Program-made: the position numbers and the translations under genes | The notes under the pieces: generated by a model | What the model was told of the DNA's origin: nothing | What the model saw: only the letters and a program-made list of their open reading frames with translations | Databases searched by the model: none | DNA from: a virus | IMG/VR virus record: IMGVR_UViG_3300032086_003078 | Span: 1-64,000 of that record | Length of the DNA: 64,000 nt | Direction: 5' to 3' (one strand) | Shown: one piece after another, positions 35,269 to 46,233 of the stretch | How the letters are laid out: each line of letters opens with the position of its first letter | Position numbering within the stretch: position 1 is the first letter of the stretch

Positions 35269-37500
35269 ATGGCACGAGACCCATCAGAGATAAAACGTGT
35301 AACTGATGCTATTGCAGCCGAAACCGCTGCACTAGATAGAGCAGCAAAAGCTCAAGAGAGAATGAATGCTGCCAAAGATCAGGGTAGCGACAGTTACAAG
35401 AAAGCCAAGCAGGACTATGACGACGCCACTGCTGCTGCGAAAAAGTACGGAAAAGAAATAGATAACATAAGGGGCAAAGCAGCAGAAGCTGGCGATGCGG
35501 TTACTACATTTGGTGCTGCAATTGCTTCAATGTCTCAAGAAGTAACCAGAAACATAGACATGGTTGCTGGGACAAGCATTACAAATCTTACTAGTGGCGT
35601 AGCTGGTCTCGCTGGGGAGATTAATAAGTATACTGTTGCTTTGGCTGATATGCAAACCGAAAGCCGACGAGCTACAGGCTTTCAACAAAGATATAATAGA
35701 GAATTCGTTCAGCTTAAAGGGCTTTTCCAAGCCATGGGTATCCCCATGGCAAACCTACAAAAAGCACAATTAGCACTCAACAAAGAGTTTGGAGCTTTTG
35801 ACTTCCTGTCTGGAAATGCCCGACTTAACTTAACTACTTTAGTCGGACATTTTGGAGAGCTTGGCGCAGAGGCTGGCACAACAGCTAAAGCCATGGATTT
35901 GATGATGTTTTCATTCCACAAGAGCTATCAGTCAGCCAATGTGGCTCTTGCTGAAATGCAAGAATTTAGGAAAGAAGTCGGTCTTGGCATGGAGCAGTTA
36001 TTGCAAAACTTCAATCAAATGGCTCCTGCTCTTGCAAGATTCGGAAATGCTGGAAAAGAGGTCTTTAAAGATCTTCAACGTTTTTCAAGGCAGTTCAACG
36101 TTGAAATTAAGAGCGCTTTTGATATTCAAGACCAGCTAGACACTTACAGGGGTGCATCAGAGATTGTAGGTAAGCTCCAGGCTCAGTTTGGGATGAGTCT
36201 AAACGCTGTTGAATTGATGAGGCAGCATGACCCGAGAAAGCGCCTTGAAATGGTTCAAAACGAGTTCTTTAGGCAAGGGCTTACTATGGAGAGTATCGGC
36301 TATCGAGGGAGGCAAATGATAGCCGAAATCTTTACTAAAGGTGACGTGGACGCCGCCCAGAGAATATTCAGAAGGGGCATGGACTTAAGAGCCGCTCAAG
36401 AAGATGTTGGAAGAGCAGATGACATGGGTGCCAAAGGTTTTGGTAAACGTTCCGATGAGATGACTGCACTTAATGAAATGCTTATGGATAGTCTACAAAG
36501 AATTTTTGGCGGACACGAAGCTATTCTAGACGTCCAGTTAGCTATCTTGAGAGGGATGCAAAATAATATTGACTCTATTGCCCAGGCAACTGTTGGCGTT
36601 GCTGGTGCCAGATCAGGATTGGACCTAGCAGCATACGGTATCAGCGGTTATGTCGGTATCAAAGGGCTAACAGCCTTATTTAGGAATAAAGGTGTCGGCG
36701 GCGTAGTTGAGCAGATGGCTAAGGCTCCAGGTAGGATCGGGACCATCGGAAAAATACTCGCTGCTGTTGGTCTCGGCGGCGCTGCTGCCACCACAGTCAT
36801 GACTAAAGGAGGTGGAGCGCAAGAGTTAGCGAAACAACTAGCAAAAGCATCAACTAAAGGACAGAGAATCCCAGTTGCAGGAACCAGACCCAACACAGTA
36901 ATTAATCCAAGAACAGGCGCTGACATCCAAAAAGGCGGCAATGCATTTAGAAAGATATTCGGGAAAAATAATGTCAATCCCATTCAGGCAAATCCTGGTA
37001 ACATTCCTGTAAATACTGCTTCACGCACCGCCGCTAAAGTCGCTGGAAAAGCAATAACAGGTGGTCTTAAGATGATCCCAGTCCTTGGAGCAGGAGCGAG
37101 TCTTTATGATGCATATCATAGGTTCCAACGAGGTGACAATATAGGGGCGGCAATGGAATTAGGGATGGCGGGTGTTAACCTGTTTGGCGGTAGCTTGGTT
37201 AGCACACTTGGACGAGCGGCTGTTACGAACGCTCTTGGATATGGTGGAATCATGGCTTATGATGCTTACGGAAATCCAACTCTTGCTACGCCTGCCACAC
37301 AAGCGCCTGCTATGAATGTACCACCAGGAATTGACCCAGCCATTTTCAATGACCCCGCAGCCGCTCAAGGTCAAGGAGGAGTTCCAGGTGTGGTATATGT
37401 TGATGAGATGGTTTTGCCAATAACCTTCCAAGACAAAGATGGAACTCTTACAAAAACTGTAACCAGAGTCTTTAATCAAGAGCTTAGGTTTAATCAGTAG
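35269..37500 (+). CDS. Tape measure protein
   Basis: 743 aa, Ala-rich and helical with Gly-rich hydrophobic C-terminal segments; follows the chaperone genes. Confidence 0.75.
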   Translation: MARDPSEIKRVTDAIAAETAALDRAAKAQERMNAAKDQGSDSYKKAKQDYDDATAAAKKYGKEIDNIRGKAAEAGDAVTTFGAAIASMSQEVTRNIDMVAGTSITNLTSGVAGLAGEINKYTVALADMQTESRRATGFQQRYNREFVQLKGLFQAMGIPMANLQKAQLALNKEFGAFDFLSGNARLNLTTLVGHFGELGAEAGTTAKAMDLMMFSFHKSYQSANVALAEMQEFRKEVGLGMEQLLQNFNQMAPALARFGNAGKEVFKDLQRFSRQFNVEIKSAFDIQDQLDTYRGASEIVGKLQAQFGMSLNAVELMRQHDPRKRLEMVQNEFFRQGLTMESIGYRGRQMIAEIFTKGDVDAAQRIFRRGMDLRAAQEDVGRADDMGAKGFGKRSDEMTALNEMLMDSLQRIFGGHEAILDVQLAILRGMQNNIDSIAQATVGVAGARSGLDLAAYGISGYVGIKGLTALFRNKGVGGVVEQMAKAPGRIGTIGKILAAVGLGGAAATTVMTKGGGAQELAKQLAKASTKGQRIPVAGTRPNTVINPRTGADIQKGGNAFRKIFGKNNVNPIQANPGNIPVNTASRTAAKVAGKAITGGLKMIPVLGAGASLYDAYHRFQRGDNIGAAMELGMAGVNLFGGSLVSTLGRAAVTNALGYGGIMAYDAYGNPTLATPATQAPAMNVPPGIDPAIFNDPAAAQGQGGVPGVVYVDEMVLPITFQDKDGTLTKTVTRVFNQELRFNQ

Positions 37501-37547
37501 CAAAAAGCATCTCAGCAACTAAATAAGTTTGTAGGAGATATACCACT

Positions 37548-38423
37548 ATGTCAACAGCTAATGGAAAATTCGGTTCTTCTGGAATGCATGGAATGCTGCT
37601 GTACATACAGCATGTTCCAACTGGTCTTATAGTGGAGTTTCCCGCATTTTTAGAAAACTTCAGTGATCAGTATTCATCACACTGGAACAAGGAGCATGTT
37701 TTTGGTCGCATGGACCCAATTTCAACGTTTTCTCACACTGAAAGAAATTTATCTCTTGCGTGGCATGTTCCTGCTGAATCTTTCGAGGACGCACAAAGAA
37801 ACTTAACAAAAGTAAACAAATTAATGTCTTTTTTGTATCCTCTATATGACTCCACATCTGCTGGTGGTGCAACAGCTATGAATATGGGACCGCTTTTGAG
37901 ACTTAAGTTTGGAAACCTAGTCCAGTCTGCCAATGGCGGTGGTTTATTAGGTTGGGTTAACGGCTTTACTTTTGATCCAATGTTAGAATATGGTATGTTT
38001 CACAAAAAGTCTGACAAAGCAGCTACTGCGGGGAACAACACCTCAGCAGTACCAACAGCGGACGTAGAATATTATCCAAAAACATACAGACTAAACTGTG
38101 AATTGAATGTTTTACACGAGCATAAGCTTGGTTTTGAACCAAATAAGACATCAGGTTCCAAGAGTAAGTTTTCTTTACGATCTAGCAACGGCAAAGGCAA
38201 CCAAAATAATTTTCCATATGAAGTGGGTAATGCACCACCACATACAGGCATTCTTAGCGCTCAGTGGAATTCAGAAAACAAAGGACCAGTAGAAGCCTCG
38301 GATCCAAATTACCAACGTGCCCTTGATCTAGCTATTCGCAGTAATTCTACACTTGGCGGGAGAGACAGGATCAGTGCTGCCGTAAACCAGACTATCTTAT
38401 TCCCTTCCAAAGAGGAGAAGTAA
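37548..38423 (+). CDS. Baseplate tube-initiator-like protein
   Basis: FSDQYSSHW....FGRMDPI.TF..TER.LSL, PLLRLKFGNL; follows the TMP. Confidence 0.65.
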   Translation: MSTANGKFGSSGMHGMLLYIQHVPTGLIVEFPAFLENFSDQYSSHWNKEHVFGRMDPISTFSHTERNLSLAWHVPAESFEDAQRNLTKVNKLMSFLYPLYDSTSAGGATAMNMGPLLRLKFGNLVQSANGGGLLGWVNGFTFDPMLEYGMFHKKSDKAATAGNNTSAVPTADVEYYPKTYRLNCELNVLHEHKLGFEPNKTSGSKSKFSLRSSNGKGNQNNFPYEVGNAPPHTGILSAQWNSENKGPVEASDPNYQRALDLAIRSNSTLGGRDRISAAVNQTILFPSKEEK

Positions 38424-38765
38424 ATGACATACTCAAGGTACACTCGCCGTGAAATTTTTTTGAATGAAGATGAAGGATATAGAAAACAATTCTTTATCGA
38501 CAGGGACATAGAACAAACTTTTCAGTATGAAATGCCAAAAATATCCTTCCCTTCGGAGGAAGTAATAGCTAGTCTCAATAATGTCCTGCAAGTCTGGGGA
38601 TCGACAGATAAGCTTTATAATATTTCGAACAAATACTATGGTTCGCCAAATTATTGGTGGGTTATAGCGTGGTATAACGAAAAAGCATCTGAAGCAGAAT
38701 TCAAGACAGGCGATCAGTATTATATACCACTGCCGCTAGACCAAGTATTGAGCTATATTGAATAG
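38424..38765 (+). CDS. Baseplate wedge protein (gp53/LysM-like)
   Basis: DKLYNISNKYYGSPNYWWVIAWYN...GD..YIP. Confidence 0.75.
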   Translation: MTYSRYTRREIFLNEDEGYRKQFFIDRDIEQTFQYEMPKISFPSEEVIASLNNVLQVWGSTDKLYNISNKYYGSPNYWWVIAWYNEKASEAEFKTGDQYYIPLPLDQVLSYIE

Positions 38766-38774
38766 AGGAAATGA

Positions 38775-41700
38775 ATGACTACACCTCCAGTCAAGGACGA
38801 TAAATATTGGAATAATGGAGAGGGTATTCATGACCCCGAAAATCCATATAATAGTCAAGACAACCTACCAGGATCCGACAATTACGATCGGGAACTGGCT
38901 GCGATTGATGCTAACATAAGAAGACTAAGAAAGGACTTAAAAACAAGTCCTGCTAAAGAAGCAGCAGCATTAACTAAAGCTATCCAAGCATTCGAAAAAA
39001 ACGCTTACACTCGCCGCCAAGAAAGAGCGGGAAAAGAGACAGATTTACAAAGAAAAAAGAGAGAAAGAGCAGAATTCGAGGATTCACCTTCTCGCCGCCG
39101 TGAAAGAGCGGTTCAGGCACAAAAAGATTTTCGAGATCTTAGTGATGAAAAGAGACTTCAATATTTTGATTCCTTGGTGCCACTAGCGGGTGGTTATGTT
39201 AGGGACAAGAAAAATAATCTTTATTATGCGCTTGTCTATAAATCAGATCCAAACAGAATGTCTCCCAGAATTGAAATGTCTGAGGATGACACTGATAAAC
39301 TATTAAAAGCAATTGTTAAGGCATTAAGCAGTGAAGGGGCGGATTTATACAAGCTTTTTAAAACAGGCGAATGGCCTGGTAGATACGATGGCGACGGTCT
39401 TTACCGCACCACAGAACAAAATAGTAAAGCCCAGGTTCAGGTTGCCGAGGAGTCTCAAAAAGCAACACAAGAGCCACCTCCGCAATTACCAAAGTATATT
39501 CAGAACATACAAGCTCTTCTTATCAATGATATTGATACTATCTCTGAGAATTTTAGAAGATTTGATGCTAAGAACGGCGGAGTAAATAGTAAAGATATTT
39601 TAGCACTTGATAATCAATTTGAAGCAGGTGCTTTTATGAACAGAATGTCTGGATTTGCGACTCCTCACGGAATGATGTCTAGTTTCATACATGCAACACC
39701 AGCGCAGCTTAGTCTTTTGGTGCCAACAATGCGATTTTTCATGGTTGATTCTGAGGGCAAAGAAGAGGAAATATATTTTAGCGATTATGGTGATGCAGAG
39801 CACATAAAGAAGATGGCGAAAATAAGACGTGATGGTTCAATTTATGAGTTTTTTGGTTCCAAGGCACAAAAAGGCGCACAAGCTGGAATAAGCAGTTTCG
39901 AATGGTCCATAAATACACTACACGAAGGACACTTCACATTTGACGCAACTTTAGACCTTTATTTTGGCTCTTTGGCTGAGTTAGCAAATAAAAATTATTT
40001 ACAGTTTATATTCCCAACAGGACTTGAGGAACCCGAAGCACTTAAAGTTCAGGACCCGTACAGAAAACAATTTAGAGAAGCCGCAGGCGAAACGCCACGA
40101 GAAAAAATAACAAAAGAAATCGCTGAACTGTCTAAAACACTTAGTAAAAGCGAGGCAGAGATCAAGAAAGTATCTTTGTCTAAAAATCAGCGAGCCTCAG
40201 TGAAAAGAAACTATAGGAATTTGAAAGTTCTTTGTGGATGGGCTCTCCCCGCTGGCAACGAAGCTCAGATGAAGAAGTTGTTTCCGAATGATAACCGTGG
40301 AAATCGCTATAAAAGCTTCATGGCTGGAATAAAAGCAACTACAAGGGCATATCTTCTAACATATAAAACACATAACATCAATTTTACACAAGAAGGTCCA
40401 ACCACGCTTACGGTTGATTATACAGCGAGCTTATTGTCATATCTAAAAAATTCTAGTTCTGATATTTTTGGATCAAGTAATTTTTCAAAAAACTCTAGAA
40501 TGTGGGACCTAACAAAAGTCTCCATAGATGGCTTCAAGATGTACAAGGGGTCCATCGTTGATTCAAAAGGTGCCGACGCAAATTCTAGTAAAAAAGACAA
40601 AGCGATATATCAAGTAGGGAGACAAGTATCAGCACTAGAGCTAGACGAGGATGCTGCCTTTAGTCCGTATATAAAGAATGCAGCAAAGACCCGTTTTATC
40701 GACGACCAAGGAGAGGTGAGTATCAGGCTCAGTATGGGCGGACTCTACATGGCAGCAGATTTAGTTAGGAAGCAGCTAGCTTTGCAAGAGATGAATAATG
40801 CCAAACCAGACAGCCGAAGAGTTACACAACTTAGACGTATGGGTACAATCATATCCCTTCTTAGCGAGAGAATACGCATGAAACAAAAGAGGGCTCTTTA
40901 TGCTTCTTTTTTGGAGACCATGGTAAAAGAAAAAGATAGGATTTTCAAAGCTAGGGTTGTTTTAGCACCAGACGCACAGACAAAAGTAAAGATATTATAC
41001 AATCAAAAAGAAATAGAGAAAAGAGATCGCAAAAGAGAGATGCGAAATGAAACTGATGTTGCGAAGCAAGAGAAAATAAAAGAACAAAAACAAAAAGAGC
41101 AAGATCTCGGAATGTCTCTTTTTGCACCAGAGGACCCTCCTTTGCCACCAGAACAGAACGAAATTGATGTTTATTATATGCGTCTCGGGGACATAATAAA
41201 AACAGCCTGTGAAAACGCTGAGATGAGAGATGACATTACGTTTGTATTGGGTAATCACGAGACAAAGACAGGGTTTAGATATTCTATCTACGATATCCCA
41301 GTAACCGTAGGAACCTTCGGGCAACTTTTTTACGACAATATTGTCAATATTGGTGCAACACAGTTTCCAATTCAGGAATTTGTTAATTTGCTTCTAAAAT
41401 ATATAACCAACATGTTTAATAGGGACCCAAGTTCCTCTGAAAAGATAAGCTTTCAATCTTCACAGGTTACAACAAAGACAACTGTTGGAGATTTTACAAA
41501 AAAACAGGAGAGACTTTCTGTTTCTGACTTGAGAAAGATAGGCAACGGAGAGTTGGATCCAGGTGTCAGGACAAAATTCAAGCTTCATCACTACTATACT
41601 ATTTCAACCAAAAATACGGACAAGGATAGGCTTGTCGGGGATAGGAAAAAAGATGAGAGTGAGGGCATTTATCACTATGTAATAGGTTCTGACACTGGTC

Positions 41701-42032
41701 TGGCAAAAAGATTTAATTTCAAAGCGTCAGAGATACCTTTTTATACAGAAATGAACATTGAAGCAGGAACAGATTTTTCAGTCAACAGGTCAGTTTTTCT
41801 GCCGCAGAATGTATCAATAGATATGGTAGGCAATGGCATCCACAAAGTTGGAGACATGATTTTTGTCGATTCTGACCCAGCGATGGGTTCTTATGCTGGT
41901 CCTGTTTTGGGTATCGGTGGTTACTATAGGATTGTCTCCATTAATAATAAAATTCAGGCTGGTCAAACATATAGTTCTGTGTTAGAGTGTCTTCTAGTGA
42001 AGAAAGACCCCAGAGGCACTGGAGGCGAATAA
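38775..42032 (+). CDS. Large baseplate hub-like protein
   Basis: 1085 aa; C-terminal VSIDMVGN..HKVGDMIFV...GGYYRIVSINNKI resembles hub proteins; synteny. Confidence 0.55.
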   Translation: MTTPPVKDDKYWNNGEGIHDPENPYNSQDNLPGSDNYDRELAAIDANIRRLRKDLKTSPAKEAAALTKAIQAFEKNAYTRRQERAGKETDLQRKKRERAEFEDSPSRRRERAVQAQKDFRDLSDEKRLQYFDSLVPLAGGYVRDKKNNLYYALVYKSDPNRMSPRIEMSEDDTDKLLKAIVKALSSEGADLYKLFKTGEWPGRYDGDGLYRTTEQNSKAQVQVAEESQKATQEPPPQLPKYIQNIQALLINDIDTISENFRRFDAKNGGVNSKDILALDNQFEAGAFMNRMSGFATPHGMMSSFIHATPAQLSLLVPTMRFFMVDSEGKEEEIYFSDYGDAEHIKKMAKIRRDGSIYEFFGSKAQKGAQAGISSFEWSINTLHEGHFTFDATLDLYFGSLAELANKNYLQFIFPTGLEEPEALKVQDPYRKQFREAAGETPREKITKEIAELSKTLSKSEAEIKKVSLSKNQRASVKRNYRNLKVLCGWALPAGNEAQMKKLFPNDNRGNRYKSFMAGIKATTRAYLLTYKTHNINFTQEGPTTLTVDYTASLLSYLKNSSSDIFGSSNFSKNSRMWDLTKVSIDGFKMYKGSIVDSKGADANSSKKDKAIYQVGRQVSALELDEDAAFSPYIKNAAKTRFIDDQGEVSIRLSMGGLYMAADLVRKQLALQEMNNAKPDSRRVTQLRRMGTIISLLSERIRMKQKRALYASFLETMVKEKDRIFKARVVLAPDAQTKVKILYNQKEIEKRDRKREMRNETDVAKQEKIKEQKQKEQDLGMSLFAPEDPPLPPEQNEIDVYYMRLGDIIKTACENAEMRDDITFVLGNHETKTGFRYSIYDIPVTVGTFGQLFYDNIVNIGATQFPIQEFVNLLLKYITNMFNRDPSSSEKISFQSSQVTTKTTVGDFTKKQERLSVSDLRKIGNGELDPGVRTKFKLHHYYTISTKNTDKDRLVGDRKKDESEGIYHYVIGSDTGLAKRFNFKASEIPFYTEMNIEAGTDFSVNRSVFLPQNVSIDMVGNGIHKVGDMIFVDSDPAMGSYAGPVLGIGGYYRIVSINNKIQAGQTYSSVLECLLVKKDPRGTGGE

Positions 42033-42035
42033 AAA

Positions 42036-43544
42036 ATGGCTTACCAACCAGATCAAGACCCATATCGGTTTTCGGATAAATACACTTATGGATCGAATCG
42101 ATCTGGGGCGAAAGAAATTTTCAAAGAAAGAGTTCGATATGACACAAAGTTCGACTTATTTTATGGTGATAGAAAAACTTTTTCAACATGGACCAAAGAT
42201 CGTTTTTACGGCATTGTTAATACAAAGGGCAATACGGTAATTCCAGACCAGAGAAGGCTGAAGTCTCTTAGGTTCTCTGGAGACTCAGGTCGCCAGTTGT
42301 TTGCTCTTGATTTTGTTGCTGATGCGTGGAATGATTTATCTCTTCGTTTGATAGAATTATCTAATAAGAACCTCATATTCAAAAACAGCCCATGGGCTAA
42401 TCCTACTGTTTTCAGAGCCTGGCAGCCTTCACAAGATGCTTACGATATTTATCTTAGAGAGGAAATATACCCTATATTTGCAAATGAATATATGCAAACT
42501 TATGGAAATGATCTACAGGTTAAAGACTTCCATACTTTTTTGGCAAAGTTTGATGATTTTGCAAAAAACGTTGTAAGTAAAGCCGGTCCTCTAACCCGCT
42601 CAGGGATGATAGAGGGCTATAGTTCTCCAAACTACATGTCTGGTCTTATAATAGAGATTTCAGATGATGATTATGATGATGACTATAATAAGACTTCAAA
42701 GTTTCTGGATGATAATTTTGATCTTATTTCCGCAGTTGTCACACAGTATGGTTTCTCAATTGATAAAAACATACCCTGGAGGTTGGTGGCAGATGTCTCA
42801 AATCCTGCTATGCAAGAATACATGGCAGGGGTGCCAATCGTTGGCTTTGATATCGAGCAAAGTTATGATTATGTGTGTAAGCCCGCTCAGCTTGGCAATG
42901 AGGTACCACCAATCGCATTTGGTTATTCTCAAATACCAGGGCTAGAGAATGTAAAAAGACATATAGCGTTTTATAAAATCCCTGGAGGTGAATTTGTCCC
43001 AGGGTATGCAAGATATAAGCAAAGTCGAGGAGATTCTTCAATTGCAGACAATTGGACTTCAATTTTAGACTCTTTGTCTACTGAGGAAGTTTATTCAACG
43101 ATGTTCCTCTTGGATTTTATTGAGACATGGACTTCAGATATAGACACGCTGCAACAATATCTTGTATATTTTTATAATTTCTATGTTTCAGCGAGACCCT
43201 CAGTTTTGGCTCAAAGACCATCAACGCAGACTTGCCCTCCTCTGAACTACTCTGTTGAGCGCCGACCAATAAGTCTCGACGATTTTAACAGGATGTATGG
43301 AAATCCTTGGAAATTAAAAACATTCTATGTCCTGAGGAACATCGAAAGAGACAATAATTTGAGTGTCGCAGCGATGTCTAAGGCAGTGCAAGATTTTTAT
43401 AATATTTACAATTTATCCGCACCTGAAAATGATACAGAGGCTTATCGTCGTGCATTGACTTATATTCAAGGTGAATATATAGGACCTGCTGACACCGACC
43501 CATTAACAATGGAATATGTCTACGATATAATCTTATCGAAATGA
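42036..43544 (+). CDS. Hypothetical (probably structural) protein
   Basis: 502-aa ORF at the end of the tail operon. Confidence 0.6.
   Translation: MAYQPDQDPYRFSDKYTYGSNRSGAKEIFKERVRYDTKFDLFYGDRKTFSTWTKDRFYGIVNTKGNTVIPDQRRLKSLRFSGDSGRQLFALDFVADAWNDLSLRLIELSNKNLIFKNSPWANPTVFRAWQPSQDAYDIYLREEIYPIFANEYMQTYGNDLQVKDFHTFLAKFDDFAKNVVSKAGPLTRSGMIEGYSSPNYMSGLIIEISDDDYDDDYNKTSKFLDDNFDLISAVVTQYGFSIDKNIPWRLVADVSNPAMQEYMAGVPIVGFDIEQSYDYVCKPAQLGNEVPPIAFGYSQIPGLENVKRHIAFYKIPGGEFVPGYARYKQSRGDSSIADNWTSILDSLSTEEVYSTMFLLDFIETWTSDIDTLQQYLVYFYNFYVSARPSVLAQRPSTQTCPPLNYSVERRPISLDDFNRMYGNPWKLKTFYVLRNIERDNNLSVAAMSKAVQDFYNIYNLSAPENDTEAYRRALTYIQGEYIGPADTDPLTMEYVYDIILSK
43503..43531 (+). promoter_or_regulatory. sigma70-like promoter for the replication module
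   Basis: TTAACA-17 nt-TATAAT inside the 3' end of the upstream gene. Confidence 0.55.
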
Positions 43545-43551
43545 GGCTAAG

Positions 43552-44772
43552 TTGTTATTTCAGACTCTTGACGATAAAACCGAGTGCGTCGGCATTTACG
43601 CCGATAGTCAGCTAATCTTCGACCCTGACGGCTTCCCACCAGAACTCACCCAAACTTGGAAATACGCTCCTTACCTGCGAGACCTCGATATTGAGTATAT
43701 TTCGCTGTACCTTGAGGGCGGCAAGATTGGGGACGCAATCCCAGAATACCTAAAGGACGACTGGGAAGACGTATCTAAGAAGATTATGGCTTTCAGGCGC
43801 TCTTTGAGCATTTCCCAAGTGGATACCTACGAGAACTGCTTCTTTGACTTGGTGCCCGAAAGGTTCCTAGTTGAGTTTTGCGAGGTAAAAAATAAAATAA
43901 CTGAATACGTCGCCAAGAACGTACAAAAGCCCGAAAGGTATGAGTTCTATAAGCACGTATCTATGATGCTAGAAGATATAAGCAACCAGAAGGTCAGCAT
44001 AGACGCCCAGCGAGTATCATCATACCTACAAAGCCCAAAACTAAAGAACCATGCCAAGAACATTTTATCAGCGGCTCCATACGTTCGTTATAACCAGTTC
44101 GGCACGAAAACAGGCAGGCTCACAACCAAAAAGGGAAGTTTCCCAATCCTAACGATGAGCAAAGAGTTCCGTTCAGCGGTTAAGCCACAGAATGACTGCT
44201 TTGTAGAACTAGATTTCAACGGAGCAGAAGTTCGCACTTTGCTCGGGCTTCTTGGCAAGGAGCAGCCAGAGGGCGACGTACACGATTTCCACCTTCAGGA
44301 AATCTTTACAAAAATCAACACCCGTGACCAAGCCAAGATTGCCTTTTTCGCTTGGTTGTACGGCTCAAAAACAGCCGCCGACCAGCAAGAAATGACCAAA
44401 CTAGCGGAGTTCTACGAAAAGGACCGACTACTCAAAGAATATTGGGACGGAACAACAGTTAGAACGCCATTTAAAAAGCAAATACCCGACACAAGCGAAC
44501 ATCACGCCCTGAACTACTTGGTCCAATCAACAGCCGCAGAACTCACTCTAAAGCAGGCTCTAAAGATAGAGTATCTTCTACGGAAACAGTCACAAGGCTC
44601 ACACATCGCTTTCCTAATCCACGATGCTATTGTGATTGACATGAAAAACGAGGATGCGAACCTACTTAAATCAATGGTTGCACTTATGGGTTCCACGAAT
44701 TTCGGCAAATTCAGGGTAAACATAAAAAGAGGTAAAACTCTCGGTTCTATGAAGGATATACGACTTGGATAA
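43552..44772 (+). CDS. polA: Minimal family A DNA polymerase (no recognisable exonuclease domain)
   Basis: TKTGRL, motif A LDFNGAEVR, motif B RDQAK..FFAWLYG, NYLVQSTAA, motif C IHDAIV. Confidence 0.85.
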   Translation: MLFQTLDDKTECVGIYADSQLIFDPDGFPPELTQTWKYAPYLRDLDIEYISLYLEGGKIGDAIPEYLKDDWEDVSKKIMAFRRSLSISQVDTYENCFFDLVPERFLVEFCEVKNKITEYVAKNVQKPERYEFYKHVSMMLEDISNQKVSIDAQRVSSYLQSPKLKNHAKNILSAAPYVRYNQFGTKTGRLTTKKGSFPILTMSKEFRSAVKPQNDCFVELDFNGAEVRTLLGLLGKEQPEGDVHDFHLQEIFTKINTRDQAKIAFFAWLYGSKTAADQQEMTKLAEFYEKDRLLKEYWDGTTVRTPFKKQIPDTSEHHALNYLVQSTAAELTLKQALKIEYLLRKQSQGSHIAFLIHDAIVIDMKNEDANLLKSMVALMGSTNFGKFRVNIKRGKTLGSMKDIRLG

Positions 44773-45634
44773 AGTTATTGGTTTAGGGAAGCTCGGCTGT
44801 GCTATCGCAGAAGAACTAACAGCCTACCCAGAATACAGAATTTACAAGATTGACGGCGATATTGACGAGCGAGGAAGCTTGTCTATCGGCGAATATGGTG
44901 ATATGGCCTCTTTTGAGGCAAATGTTGACAGTGATGAAGTGAGCGTTTATCTCCGATCTATCAAAAAAGGGGATGAAGTCCTGTTTGTCCTACAGGGCGG
45001 AGAACCAATCTCAGGTGCAACATTGAAAATATTGGAAACAATCAAGGATGTGAACCTAAACATCCTTTATATCTGTCCCGATCGACAAATGATTTCAGAG
45101 ACCCAGAAGAGGGATGATAAGATAGCTTTTATGATTTTGCAGGAATATGCTCGCTCAGGCAAGTTTCAGAACATGTTCTTGGTCGATAAAACAAAAGTCG
45201 AAGAATTAGCAGGACACGTCCCAATAAATGAATATGAAAAGACAATATCCTACTTCATATCTTATGTTGTTGCCATGATAAACTTTTTCAAAAATACTAA
45301 ACCAATCTTGGCAAACCCAATTAGTCCTCCTAATATTGCAAGACTTGTTGCTTATGGTGTTTCATCCCTAGATGAAGGAAATAGTGCGATCAACTTGCTC
45401 TTCCCTTTGGCGGAAACAAAAGACATTCATTTTTATTACGGCATACCAAAAAAAGAACTATCTGAAGATGCAACCCTAGTCAAGCGTATTAAAGAGCACG
45501 TCAAAAGTTATAAGACCGAAGACGTCTCCACCAGTTTTTCAGTCTATGAGACAACGCTTGAGTCTAAGATGGTTCTTTGTGTTGCCTACTCTTCTAAGAT
45601 CCAAGATCTAGTGCTAGGTAAAAACACTCCTTGA
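44765..45634 (+). CDS. Degenerate FtsZ/tubulin-like protein
   Basis: VIGLGKLGCAIA (T1-like), GGEPISGA (eroded T4 loop), LVDK; coupled to polA. Confidence 0.55.
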   Translation: MDKVIGLGKLGCAIAEELTAYPEYRIYKIDGDIDERGSLSIGEYGDMASFEANVDSDEVSVYLRSIKKGDEVLFVLQGGEPISGATLKILETIKDVNLNILYICPDRQMISETQKRDDKIAFMILQEYARSGKFQNMFLVDKTKVEELAGHVPINEYEKTISYFISYVVAMINFFKNTKPILANPISPPNIARLVAYGVSSLDEGNSAINLLFPLAETKDIHFYYGIPKKELSEDATLVKRIKEHVKSYKTEDVSTSFSVYETTLESKMVLCVAYSSKIQDLVLGKNTP

Positions 45635-45678
45635 TAAACTATATATTAGTGCTTATTTGATCGAGGAAACATTTGTAA

Positions 45679-46119
45679 ATGGCGAATAAAAGAGGGGCTT
45701 TGCTAGCATCGTTCATAATGACCGATAGCGAAGAACAAATACAAGAAGAAGTTGAATATATTGTCAATAATATTGAGATTACTAACAATCTCATTTTTTT
45801 GCTAGAGGAAAAAGAGAATCCTCTTAAAAAAATTATTACATACAATGCAGTTGTCGAAAAAGGAAAGTCTTTTAATGAAAGGCTTTTCACAATGCGTATG
45901 CATCGCAAGAAGCAGACCAACACCCTCTACACAATCAACGCCCTCAATGCTGCTGTAGCTTCCCAGCACGAAGGCAAAACAGGAAAAGACCTAAAACTAG
46001 ACTGGACCCAGTATGAGAATTCCATTCTATTGACTGCTGGAAAAGAACTAAAAGTCCACTCAGTACAAGTCAGTAAAATCTTCAAAATTGAAGACGAACC
46101 AGTAGAAGACGACCAATAA
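45679..46119 (+). CDS. Hypothetical protein
   Basis: HRKKQTNTLYTINALN; late-type motif at 45638. Confidence 0.65.
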   Translation: MANKRGALLASFIMTDSEEQIQEEVEYIVNNIEITNNLIFLLEEKENPLKKIITYNAVVEKGKSFNERLFTMRMHRKKQTNTLYTINALNAAVASQHEGKTGKDLKLDWTQYENSILLTAGKELKVHSVQVSKIFKIEDEPVEDDQ

Positions 46120-46169
46120 GTCTAAGCCGTTCATTTCTCGACGGAAACAAAAAAACATCAATAAAAAGC

Positions 46170-46197
46170 TTTACACGCCCTAGACGTGTGATACTAT
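46170..46197 (+). promoter_or_regulatory. sigma70-like promoter upstream of the SSB gene
   Basis: TTTACA-16 nt-TACTAT with TG extension; an extra CGACGGAAACAAAAAA box lies at ~46138-46155. Confidence 0.65.
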
Positions 46198-46233
46198 ATG
46201 TTCAAGGTCAACTAACCAGTAAAGGAGAAAAAC

